From NCBI GenBank assembly GCA_030704615.1, contig CM060732.1, positions 28,706,001 through 28,770,000 on the forward strand: a stretch of 64,000 nt of DNA, read 5' to 3'. The stretch is from Takakia lepidozioides (Eukaryota; Plantae; Bryophyta). Within the stretch, counting starts at the first letter, position 1. Every line of letters begins with the position of its first letter. The notes beneath the pieces are model-generated. The model was not told where the DNA came from. It was given only the letters and a program-made list of their open reading frames with translations, and made no database searches. A program made the translations under genes and the position numbers. This document shows positions 23,760-35,831 of the stretch, in pieces.

Positions 23760-26700
23760 AAATAGGTTTTAGGGTAGGGGTTAGGGTTTCACCCCGTAAT
23801 TAATCATAATTAGGGGTAGTTAAGATCAATTCCTGGCCATAATCATCTATACTCGTCATCCATAAACATATCATTTGTCAAGATGAAAAGTAGGGAATAT
23901 CATCCGTGGCAACGGTTTACCTCCTCCTAGGTAATTCATCATTCCTCACCAAACCACCCGGTATGGATAAAAAATAGTCAGTGAAAGAGGAATGAAAAAT
24001 TATTATCCTGGTAGTTTTTCAACCGATATGGATGAAAAACAGGAACCCTCATAGAGGTAATTTTTCATTCCTCGGTGATTCATCTGGTATGGATGAGAGT
24101 CAATAAAAGAGGAATGAAAAAACCAAAAAACCATCTTAACGGTAATTCAGTGTCCATCCTGGTGGCTCATCCGGTATGGATGAAAAACCGATAGAGGATG
24201 GATGAAACTCTGTCAAAACTCCATCCGGCATGGGTGAAAAAACAGGAAATCAACACTGATAACAACCTGCCGGTTCCAAGGAGAGAGGGAGACAGAGGGA
24301 AAGAGGGGGCAACAAAGAAAAAACAAAAAGGTGGGGGGGGGGGGGAGTGACTAAGCAGCTGCTGCTAAGTCACTCCCCCCCCCCCCCCCCCCCACCTTCC
24401 TCTTTTTCTTTTTGTTTCCTGATCTCTCCCTCTCACTCCCTCTCTCTGTTCCTCTCTCTCTCTCCCTCTCTCTCCCTCTCTCCCTCTCCCTCTATAACTC
24501 TTTGGATTTCATCTGGCCTTAACCTTTTGAGGTTATTTAGTTTTTCATCCCAACCTTTTTCATCCAAATCTGGATGATATTATTATAGGATGATGAAACT
24601 TAATGTACAGAAAGCTTGGTTTACCATCTATTTCTTTCATCTAAACTGGATGAACTACATGAATAATGGTTACCTATTTTAAAATCCAAGAGATAATAAA
24701 ACTACCATCATAAATGATGGCAGTTATTAAACCCAAGCCTATACCATAACCCTAAAAGATACCTTTTTATTGGATGTCATCCATTGACAAAGTGCTTCTC
24801 TTGATAAAATGTGAATTTTCATTCACCCTGGATGAGAAATCGGGAAGTTATGCCCTAAGCACGCCGACACATTTCACAGCACTAAACTCGTGCTTCAGTG
24901 AACCTTGATGATGCGCCGCGTAAACCTGCTCCCCTGCTGCTACATGGTGCTCGTGATGGCTGGCTCTTGGGATGCGCATTGGCGGTTAGGCAGATTCATC
25001 TCTGGCAGACGACAAAGCGATGATCGCTTTGCTCAGAAACTCATGGTTCTTTATTTTGCAGCGGCGCTTTTACTCCTCATTGGGAAGTACTCTATCCATA
25101 TTTATCTACAGATTACATGTTGTTCTCTTTTTGTATGAGCCATTCTCTATCTGTGAACGCTTCTACTTTGATTGCGTTCCGTTGGACGCCATGGCGTAGG
25201 GCATACCACAAACACTCAAGGTTTTTTGAGTTTACCCTTGCTTGAATTGTGATCTGTACATGCTTTAGAATTCAACACTGACATGGATAGCAATTGTGAA
25301 GACCTGCCACTCACCTGCTGCATCCTCACTAACACACATCGCTATGTGGTGTTTTTGGGACGGGCACAGGTGAGGGTCTTCACTTGTCTTGATTTCTTGA
25401 AGCTTGCAGCTCCTGTTCTTGCAAATGTGGATACTGCTGCTGCCTAAGCTGCTGATGCCATTTGCTGCTTCAAACTGCCACCATGCCGCTTCAGACCTGC
25501 TCCAAGATGGCTCCAATGAGGATTTGCTTCTCTCCTTACCCCTGTTTCTGGTTTTTTACAACCTCATTTGCATGTGTAGGAGTTAAGCTATGAAGGGTAC
25601 AAGGGTACAAAATAGCAGTTATTACTCTGACTGCTTTGATACTTGGCTCTGAAATGAAACTTCTTGGTATGACTTTGATGGATCAAAAGGATAAGCTTTG
25701 ATAGATAACACACATTCTTCAAGGCCCTCATATCATTTTGGTTTCATGGCTTGATAACAAACAGGGGTTTCTGAGCTGCTCTTTCACCTTGGCAGAGCTA
25801 TTTTATGAGGCCTTCCTCTCAGTTTGACTCTGTTGTCCTAAACAGGTACACCTTGTTTAGGGAACACACACACTCATTAAAGCTCTCATAGCAGTCTGAA
25901 TTTGGGGGTTGATAGCAGGCAAATTTGGGATAATTTGCCTTGCTTCTGTTCTATGATTCCTGCTTGTGACACGACACTGAAACGTCACCTTCAGGCCAGC
26001 AATAGCCTCTAGGGAGAAGACTTGTTCAAAACCTGGATGTTGGCATGCAGCCTCATGATATATACCATGTCTTGAACCATGCCAATAGGGCAAGAGGAAA
26101 CATGATGTAAACCAGCAAATGCTTAAGGCATATTTGTTTGACTGTTTTAAACTCAACTTGAATTGTTTTTGAGCATGAGTCTTGGGGACTGTGCCAAGAC
26201 CTGCAATCTGGTTTTCACAACTTGTTTTGCTAAGGTGTTGTGTCTACTTGCAAATACTTAAGGCATGAATGGCTGGCTGTTTCAACTTGAAGTGCTATGA
26301 GCTTGATTTTGGGAAATATCCCCAAACCTACAATCTGGTTTTTGAAATGAGTTTGAAATGAGTTTTTTGAAATGATGGTGCAAACTATGGTGCTTTCATG
26401 ATATGATTGACCTGGAATCCCACCCTCCCACCCTGTTTATTCAGAGACCCTGAAATGTAATGGGATATTCAAATGAGATTGTAAACATGAAAGGGAATGT
26501 TAGATGGTGCCCTATAAAGGACTGTTTTGTCTTTCAATGACAATGACCTTAGCGGTCTTGTCCATGTCTTGACATGACATGTATATCTTCCCTCTCTCTC
26601 TATATCTCTTTGGATTTCATATGGCCTTAACCTTTTTTATGCTAGTCATGTGATTTTTCATCCCAATTTTCTTTTTCATCCAAAACTGGATGGAATTTCT

Positions 26701-28810
26701 GAAGGATGAGGACTCTTACTATGCAGATATTTTGGTTTTTCATCCCAAGCTTCTTTTTCATCCAAAACTGGATAAAATTATTGTAGGATGGTGACCCTTA
26801 CTGTACAGAAATTTTGGTTTATCATCTGTTTTCTCTTTTTTCGTCCAAACTGGATGAATTCCATGAATGATGATGACCGATTTTAATCCAGGAGATAGCA
26901 AATTTACCATCATTTATTATAGATGATGGCAGTTATTTCAAATTGCCACTGAGTGTGGGACGGGCACAGGTGAAGGTCTTCACTTGTCTTGATTTCTTGA
27001 AGCTTGCAGTTCCTATTCTTGCAAAAGTGGATGCTGCTGTTGCCTGCTGCTGAGCCTGTTGCTGCTTCAAAACTGCCACCATACGGACGCAGACCTGCTT
27101 CAACTTGGCTCCAATGATGATCTACTTCTACTCCTTACCTTGTTTTTTGGTTTCTTGCAACCATATCTACATGGTAGGAGGTAGGGCATACATGAGGCTT
27201 CATAGAAAACAATCTACTAATTCCTCTATTGCCCCTTTTCTTTCAAGTTTCAACTCAGGGTATAATGTAGCAGTTGGTACCTTGGCTGCATTGAAATTCG
27301 GCTCTAGAATGAAACCTCTTGGCTGGTTATTAAAACAGCCTGTTATGCCTTAGTAGACAACATACATTCTGCAAGGCCCTCATTTCACTTTGATTTTATA
27401 ATAGCTGGACTGCAAACAGGGGTTTGTGAATTACTTTTCTACCCTAGCAGAGCTGTTTATGAGGCCCTGGAATACCACTCCAGGCCTGTACCTGCTTAAA
27501 AAGACTCAGCCCCGTTTCTATTTTATGAATCTTGCTTGTGTCTTGGCACTGATATATCACTTTCAAGCCAACACAGGAAGCCTTTTTAGGAAGATGAATG
27601 ACACAAGAACTGGATTATGTATGGCTTGACCCATGTCAACAAGAAATTAGGAAGCATTATGTAAACATGCAAATGCTTAAGACATGTATGGCTTGTTGTT
27701 TCTATTTCAATTCAAAGTACTATGTGCTTGGCTCTGGAGATTTATCTCCAGACCTGCAATCTGGTTTTTGAAATAAGGGTACAATCTGCAAGTAAGGTGG
27801 TGAATGCTTTATGTCAAACCATGGTGCTTTCATAATATGATTGACCTGGATTTTGAGTTACTTTTTACCCTGGCAGAGCGGTTTATGAGGCCCTGGAATA
27901 CCACTCCAGGCCTATATCTTAAGGCATGTATGGCTGGTTGGTGCATTTCCAACTTGAAATGCTTTGAGCCTGGTTCTGGAGATAAATCTCCAGACCTGCA
28001 ATCTGCTTTGCAATGCTATGAAACCTTCAGGCTGGCCGTTTTTTAGAGAGGTGACTTATTCAAAAACTGGATTCTAAAACAGTAACCTTTATAATCCAGC
28101 AAGTAGCCTAGCAAGACAGTTTTAAATACTTTTTCATGGCCTAAACCTGGTCATGATGCACCTTGCTATGTGCTGTGATATTCTTACTGAGATAAAACTA
28201 AGCAAGAAAGTTGGTAAACTATTTTAGAACATGGACTATATCATGAAACCTCATGATGTGTGTTCTATGTCAATTTGTCACGAGAAAGCACTAAATAAAC
28301 TAGCAGAAAAAATTGCTGACTCAGTTGTTGCTTGAAGTACCTTACTTAAGGATCTGGAGTACTATCTTCAGACATACATTTTGCTTTTATGTGTTGTACA
28401 ATCTGCAATTTATGCTGATGATTGGTTGATGTAACCAACCCTATTTCTACTATGAATGACATGGAATCTTAAGGCATATAGGGCTGGTTGGTGCATTTCC
28501 AACTTTAATGCTTTGAGCCTGGTTCTGAAGATAAATCTCCAGACCTGCAATCTGCTTTTGAATTGAGTCTACAATTTGCATATGTGGTGGTAAATGTTTT
28601 TATATCAAACCAAGTATCTTTCCTATGGTGAATGACTTGGAATCCCACCTAGACCTACAATCTGGTTTTTGAAATGAGGCTACAATCTGCAAGTATGGTA
28701 ATGATTGTTTGATATCAAACCATGGTGCTTTCATAATATGAATGACCAGGAATCCCACCTCCCACCCTGTTTTTTCAGATACCCTGAAATGTTAATGGGA
28801 TATTCAAATG
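23760..28810. repeat. Complex non-coding repeat region with internal segmental duplications
   Basis: 24490-24730 ~ 26600-26940; 25355-25585 ~ 26955-27185; 27430-27490 ~ 27860-27915; 26390-26475 ~ 28720-28810. A ~70-80-bp unit ending AGACCTGCAATCTGGTTTT recurs about six times. Confidence 0.75.
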
Positions 28811-29148
28811 ACAACGACGCATGGCGCGAGAGCGTACGCTCACGCAGGGAGTGACGTGGGGTGAGCGTACGCTCACGCCAGCTGACGTGGGCGTGAGCCT
28901 GCACACACGCTGACGTGGCGACGTGAGCGTCATGTCAGCACGCTGATGTGGCGGTAAATGATGACGTGGCACTGTCCGTCATCTGCCACGTCAGCATTAA
29001 CATGCGCCGCCGAAAAAATATAAAAGTTGCGATTGGTCATGGGAAGACCCTTCCTCCCTCCTCAAATAACAATGAGAGTTAGGATCATCTTCAAAAGATG
29101 ATTGTAGTGCATAGCGACAGCAAGACGTGTAGACTTCGAACGGTGCGC

Positions 29149-29874
29149 TGTCGCGGCCCTTTGCCTTGAGGGCAGGGGGTCGGGACACATGAAGGGCTGC
29201 CCCTGTGGTTGGGGCAGCGACAGCGATAGGTATGGGGGCTGAAGCACCCTTGAGTGCCCAAGGCACTCAGGGAAGCGGAGGCGCTCACTAGGTGGAGCCC
29301 CGCACACCGGGTTGCGGTGGGGGTGGCTCCACAAGGGGTGGTTGTAGCTTAGCGGGACTTAGTGGGGGTGCATAGGACTCACCTCACCATGGGGTGGAGA
29401 CCTCGAGGTGGGAGTCTGTGGGGAGTCTTGGACTCATCACGGTCCATTGGGGCCGCGGTGAGTGGGCCAAGACTCACCGCGACTCACCACCGGGAATCGA
29501 GGTCTTCGTGGTGGTTCACCATAAAATGGCATGGCTGTTTGTGGAACCCCCGCGGACAGCTACAGAAGTATATATAGGGAGTAGTAACCCCGAGAACGGT
29601 GCAAGCCCGTTGGTGACCAAAAACTAGTGAGTAAGCGAGCGAGCCGGAAAGCGACCAAAGAGTGGGGAGCTGTTCCGGACTGCCATCTACCAAAGGGAAT
29701 TCCACTAGGCCCAAATAGGTGGAGGGTCTTCGGGGGAGCGAAGGGGGGCCGTTATGTCCCGGTGAGCAGCTGAAGCTCCAAGTTGGCCCGGCGGCCAGGT
29801 TGGGAGTCAGGGGCGCGCATCAAAGCGAGTAACTATGAATTGAAGGGGAGCTTACCGAAGTGAGGTGCGCGACA
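29149..29874 (+). repeat. 5' LTR of the chromovirus
   Basis: Starts TGTCGCG and ends CGCGACA (inverted termini), contains TATATATAGG, and is followed by the PBS. The last 335 bp (29540-29874) match 35348-35682. Confidence 0.75.
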
Positions 29875-29876
29875 CT

Positions 29877-29888
29877 TGGTATCAGAGC
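29877..29888 (+). promoter_or_regulatory. Primer-binding site complementary to initiator tRNA-Met
   Basis: TGGTATCAGAGC two bases after the LTR end. Confidence 0.9.
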
Positions 29889-30003
29889 TTAGAGTTCAGT
29901 ACGCGATCGTCCTTGGGATTGGCCTCATCATGGGGTCGGGCAAGCCAAAGCGAAAGCGGAACGGCCCAAAAGATGATGATCCTGGTGAGCCCGATGGGGC
30001 GAC

Positions 30004-33000
30004 GTGTCACCGAGGCGGCCGTTTGAGGAAGCGATGCATGTTCCCGAAAACGAGGCCGCTCAAGAGCGGGAGGAATCCGAGGAGTCGAAGCCCGAGGAAT
30101 CCTTGAGAGCTCCGACAAACCAAGAGATGCCTCCCATGCCGGCAGCCTTTTGGGAAGGGTTGTTGGCGCAGTTTGGCGGGACGTTGAAAGACGTGTTGAA
30201 GGCGGCTAATGCCACTTCCACTAAGACAAAGTTTAAGGTGAAGCCTAACGAACCCGGCACCTTCGAGGGCGTCCAAAATCGGAAGGCACTCAACACCTGG
30301 CTCCTAGAGCTAGAACAGTACTTCCGGGCGGCCAAGTTGAGTGACGAGGATCGGGTGGAAGTGGCTCCCACCTATTTGAGGGGCTATGCTCAACAATGGT
30401 GGCAGAAACGCCTTCACGACCGAGGTCCAAGCCCGGAAACCTTGAACTGGAGTGGGTTCAATGAATTGATGAAGAGACAGTTTGTGCCCCTCAACGCGTC
30501 CTGGCTTGCCCGGACAAGATGAGGAATTTGAAGCAAACAGATGACATTCGGGGGTATGTCCAGGCTTTCAATGTGCTGTTGCTCGAAGTCGCGGACATGG
30601 CAGAACCAGAAATGGTCTTCAACTTTGTGGCGGGACTAGCCCCATGGGCCAGGCGGAAGTTGGAGGAGAAGCCACCCAAGACTTTGAACGAGGCAATTGA
30701 GAGGGCTGAATGTTTCTCCGATGTCCCTAAGGGTGAGAGACAAGGCCGTACGGAGCTGAACCACAAGAAGACCCGGCGGGAAGGTGACTCCTTCCGACCG
30801 GAAAAGAAGTGGGATAGGCCACGCGGCGACAATGGCACGTGGAAATCGAAGGGAGGGCCTTCACACGTCAAGGCGGCACCCGGTGCTTCGAAAGGAAAAA
30901 CGGGTGGAGCGGCTTATGGCGGACAGAAGGCGACCTTTGATGGAGTGTGTTTCAATTGTGGGGAGCCCGGGCACATGGCCAAAAAGTGCACGAAACCCCG
31001 GCAATTGAACATGACTCGGGCGACCGCAGAGCTGTCGGAAGATACCATTAGTCGCTTGGTGGAAGCGGTGGTCGCCAGGACTTGCAAGGTAGGCAAATAT
31101 TCTTGTGAGTTGTATCAGGAAACTGGCACATTGCGTAAAGGGAGTCACTTATTGTTCGTGGATGGGATAATATCCGGAACTAACGTGTCATTGTTGGTGG
31201 ACACAGGAGCGTCGCACTCCTTCATGACACCGGCAACGGCACAAAAGCTGGGACTCCCGACAACTGACGTAGGGGCCTCTATTGAGGTGCGTTCTGCCAA
31301 AGGAGAACCGCAATTGGCGACGAGGTTGGCGTGCGATGTTCCTCTTCAACTGGGGAGTTGGGAGGGACGTGAGAACTTCACCGTTTGCGAGATCGATGGA
31401 GTGGATCTCATTTTGGGGATGACATTTTTGAGCAAATCCGGAGCGGTCATAGATGGCCGCAAGAGGGTAGTCACGCTGCCATGTTGGAATGGTGGCGAGG
31501 TCTTACGAGTTTCGGAAACGCCCAAACCCGTGGGAGGGCGAATAAACCTTCTGTCAGCAAGGGAGTGGGCCATGGAGGAGGCACACGAGCCCCGGTTTTT
31601 GCTCTACATTAGAGAAGTGAAGGGAGAAGGCGATGGAGAGCCGAGCCCAGATTGGATCAAGGGGATTTTGGACAAATACCATGATGTGATGCTGGAGGAT
31701 TTGCCAAGCGGCTTGCCACCGCGAAGAGGAGTTGACCACAAGATTGAGGTGATACTGGGATCGGAACCGCCTGCCAAGGCGCCCTACCGGTTGAGCCACA
31801 GGGAGTTGGTCGAGTTGAAGACTCAGCTCAAGGATCTAATGTCAAAGGGGTACATCCGGCCGAGTAAGTCACCTTACGGAGCCCCGGTGCTATTTGCAGA
31901 CAAGAAGGATGGGACGCTGCGGATGTGTGTCGATTACAGGGCTCTGAATAAAGTGACTATAAAAAACCGGTACCCTTTGCCAAGGATCGACGACCTCTTC
32001 GATCGGTTGGCAGGAGCGAAGTATTTCAGCCGGATCGACTTGCGCTCCCGCTATCATCAAATTCGGGTGGCGGAAGGAGATGAGGAGAAGACCGCGTGCA
32101 GGACAAGGTATGGTTCATATGAGTTCTTGGTGATGCCTTTTGGGCTCACCAATGCACCAGCGACATTTAGCACGCTGATGAACAGCCTTTTCCAAGTGGT
32201 TGGATGACTTTGTGATCGTGTACATCGACGACATCTTGGTGTACTCGAAAACAAAGGAAGAGCACCTGGAGCACCTAAAAAGGGTGTTCCAAAAATTGCG
32301 AGAAGGGAAGCTGTATGCCAAAGCTTCAAAGTGCGAATTCGGGGTCACAAAAGTGGAGTTCCTGGGGCATGTGATTACACAGGATGGGATCAAAATGGAT
32401 GACAGAAAGGTGAGGGCGATCTTGGACTGGGAGCCTCCGACTTCGGTCCCAGGAGTGCGATCCTTCCTAGGACTCGCCTCCTATTACCGGAAGTATGTGA
32501 GAAATTTCGCCAAAATCGCGGGGCCGCTGTCAGACCTTCTGTGTAAATCTAAAATCTGGGCATGGAACACCTTTTGTGGCCAAGCTTTTGCTGAATTGAA
32601 GCAGCGGATGGCGGAAGCTCCAGTCTTGAAAATCCCGGAGTTCGATCGTCCATTTGAGATTCATACAGATGCGTCGGACTTCGCAATTGGGGGTGTACTT
32701 ATGCAAGATGGACATCCAGTGGCTTACGAAAGTAAGAAACTGAACGAAGTGGAGCGACGGTGGCCGACGCACGAAAAAAAGATGAAGGCGGTGGTGCATT
32801 GCCTTGAGCTTTGGCGCCACTATGTTGGTTCCAACCCAGTGAAGGTGTTCACGGACAATGTCACGGTGAAGTATTTTGCCACGCAGCCCAAGTTGTCCCC
32901 AAAACAACTTAGGTGGCAAGATACTTTGGCGGTGTTCGACGTGGATATCCAGTACAAACCGGGGCGAGACAACGTGGTGGCCGATGCTTTAAGTAGAAAG

Positions 33001-34489
33001 CAGCAGCTCTTGTTGGTGTACAAAGGTGAGACGGCGCTCCAAAGGAAGATCCGGAAGGCTTGCCGGAAGGATGAGCTGGCGAAGTCCGTGATACAGGACT
33101 TGAGGATGGGGGTTAAATCGCAGTTCCACTTGCAAAATGGACTGCTCCGGTATAAGCAAAAGCGTCTCTACGTGCCGAAGGGAGGGATCAGAGATAGCCT
33201 CTTGAGAGAATGCCATGATAGCCCGCTTGCGGGCCACGGCGGAGCCAAGCGCACTGCGGCACTCTTGAAGAAAGAGTATTTCTGGCCCAAACTGAGGGAG
33301 GAGGCAGAGGAGTATGTCAAGACATGCACCACATGCCAACAAAACCGGAGCGAGTACAAAAAGCAAGCGGGGCTGTTACAACCCTTGCCGATTCCGGAGG
33401 GGACTTGGGAAAGCGTCTCGATGGATTTCATGACTGCTATGCCGCTGTCAAAAGGATTCGATGCAATCTTGGTGGTGGTGGATAGGTTCAGTAAAATGGG
33501 CCATTTCATCCCCACCAAAGAGACGACAACGGCGCAGGAGACAGGGCGACTTTATTTCGCCCACGTCTTAAAACATCATGGAGTCCCGAAGGATATTGTC
33601 TCGGACCGCGACCCCAAAGTTTACGAGTAAATTTTGGAGGGCACTTTGGAAGAAGATGGGGACCAGGCTGAAGATGAGCACCGCCTTCCGACCTACGACC
33701 GATGGCCAAACAGAAAGAGTGAATTCCGTAGTAAAGCAGATCTTGCGGAATTACGTGTCGGCAGACCAAACAGACTGGGTGGAACACTTAGACGCGGCAG
33801 AGTTCTGTTATAATAAGATAGAACACTCCGCAACGGGAGTTTCCCCTTTCGTATTGGTCTATGGAAAAGCACCTCTGGTGCCGACAAGTTGGGCCGCCCG
33901 GGACGTTGAGGAACCGGCAGTAGCGGCGGTACTGGAAGAACGCGAGCGTTTGTTGAAGCTCGCAAAGTACAACATTGCCAAAGCTAGGAAACGGTATGAA
34001 AGGCAGGCGAATCGGAAGCGGAGGGAAGTGAAGTTTGAGGCAGGCACGGAGGTCTGGTTGAACATCAAGAATTTTCGACTACCTCCGGAAGTGAGTCCAA
34101 AGTTCGTACCTCCGTATGCGGGATCCTTTCGCATCCGGAAGGTTATGAATGAGGATGTGTATGAATTGGAGCTGCCGGCAAACAGCAAGGTGCATCCAGT
34201 ATTTCACGTCTCCCTTTTGAAGCCTTACTTCAAAGATGAAGCGCGTCCGAATCGGCATCAAGTGTTGCGTCCGCCACCTGTGCTATTGGATCATGAAAAT
34301 GAACTTGAGTACGAGGTGGAGGCAGTACTTAAGTCGAGGAGGTTCAAGAACCGAGAAACGGAGTATCTCGTCAAATGGAAGGGCTATCATCATGTGGAGG
34401 CATCTTGGGTGCGTGCCTCAGAAATGGGAAACGCATCCGAGGCGGTTGCAGTTTTCGAAGGGCGACCTCAAAAGCGGAAGAAGCGTTGA
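30004..34489 (+). pseudogene. gag-pol polyprotein split by frameshifts at ~30515, ~32200 and ~33620
   Basis: ORFs 30004-30522, 30519-32207, 32200-33630 and 33578-34489 carry consecutive Gag/PR/RT/RH/IN/chromodomain segments. Confidence 0.92.
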
Positions 34490-35347
34490 TGGGGACATCA
34501 ACCTTGGAGCGTGGGGGAGGAAATGCATGCTTAGCCCGGCTTAGCTAGCTTAGTAATCCGATTGCAAAAACTTGTATTGTACAAAACGTGCTATAAATGA
34601 AATGGCTTCCAAATGTTGTGCGTCCTATTTTGTTTGGAATGGTGATGCATGGTATGGTTGGCTAGTGTGTAGAATGCATGCTAGCTTATAAAAGTGGGAG
34701 AGGTAAATTGGGTTAATTGTGTGTTTGCGTAGTGCCGAAATTGGGTGACCCCCATCCAAGGGGCAAGGAAACTTGCGCCTTCTTTGGGAGTTCACGTGCT
34801 AGTGCGCACCTGGCGCGTGCGCGTACTATAACTGCGCTACCGAGGGGGTTGCCTTGTAGTGCGGGCTAACGCAGAAGCTACGTGCTTCTGTTCACGTACT
34901 ATAATCGTGTAGCCTCGGGACGAAGTCGTAGTGCGGCTTCGGCGTGTTCCCGTACCTCAGGCCAGCGTTCCAAGGCGGACCCAATTGTAGTGATTGGGGC
35001 GCACGGTTGGTTCAAGGTTATCTTCCTAGTCAAAGAGGGTTCCAGGGAACCCTTGCTCAAGGTGATGCCAAAAGCGGCATCATGAGCGGTCGCAAGCAAT
35101 GTTGTTGCAGTAAGGCGATTCGATCCTCGGGGAGGATCGTTCCTTGGCCTTGAAGTAGGCCAAGAAGAGTGCACTGGGAGGAGCTTGAGAGGCTCCACCC
35201 TTGGCCGGGACTTGGAGGAAGTCGGCCGAACTAGCTAGTGGAGAGTAGAGTCAAGTGTGGGGTTTGGTTCTTTGCCATGGGACGCCATGGTACGGAAACA
35301 AACTCCTTGATGTGGGACGCCACAACTTGGATGTTTGTTTATACAAA

Positions 35348-35682
35348 TGTGGAACCCCCGCGGACAGCTACAGAAGTATATATAGGGAGTAGTAACCCCG
35401 AGAACGGTGCAAGCCCGTTGGTGACCAAAAACTAGTGAGTAAGCGAGCGAGCCGGAAAGCGACCAAAGAGTGGGGAGCTGTTCCGGACTGCCATCTACCA
35501 AAGGGAATTCCACTAGGCCCAAATAGGTGGAGGGTCTTCGGGGGAGCGAAGGGGGACCGTTATGTCCCGGTGAGCAGCCGAAGCTCCAAGTTGGCCCGGC
35601 GGCCAGGTTGGGAGTCAGGCGCGCGCATCAAAGCGAGTAACTATGAATTGAAGGGGAGCTTATCGAAGTGAGGTGCGCGACA
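35348..35682 (+). repeat. 3' LTR segment homologous to the 5' LTR
   Basis: 335 bp with 4 substitutions versus 29540-29874 by manual comparison. Confidence 0.9.
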
Positions 35683-35831
35683 GGTGCAATGACAAATGTG
35701 CACTACCTAAAAGTTGTCACTCAGAGCTCACTCCGTATAGCTGGAGGCCATATCATTGCACCGCCGACGAATTGATGTGAATTACACATTTCAAATCATG
35801 GTCGTCCACATACCACATTGCATAGTTGATG

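Larger units (their letters stand above)
29149..35682 (+). mobile_element. Ty3/Gypsy chromovirus, near full length, young but frameshifted
   Basis: PBS TGGTATCAGAGC, gag with zinc knuckle ([14 protein letters not shown]), protease (LVDTGASH), RT (VYIDDIL), RNase H (TDASDFAIG), integrase (SMDFM, SDRDPK, DGQTERVN) and C-terminal chromodomain (YEVEAVL...YLVKWKGY...SW). A 335-bp direct repeat lies at both ends. Confidence 0.95.

Noticed and set aside
23765-23790. Interstitial telomeric repeat
   Set aside because: Only 2-3 degenerate TTAGGG-like units; better explained as part of the foldback element end.
26100-28700. CRISPR-like array
   Set aside because: Repeats are long, degenerate and irregularly spaced in eukaryotic DNA, with no cas genes.
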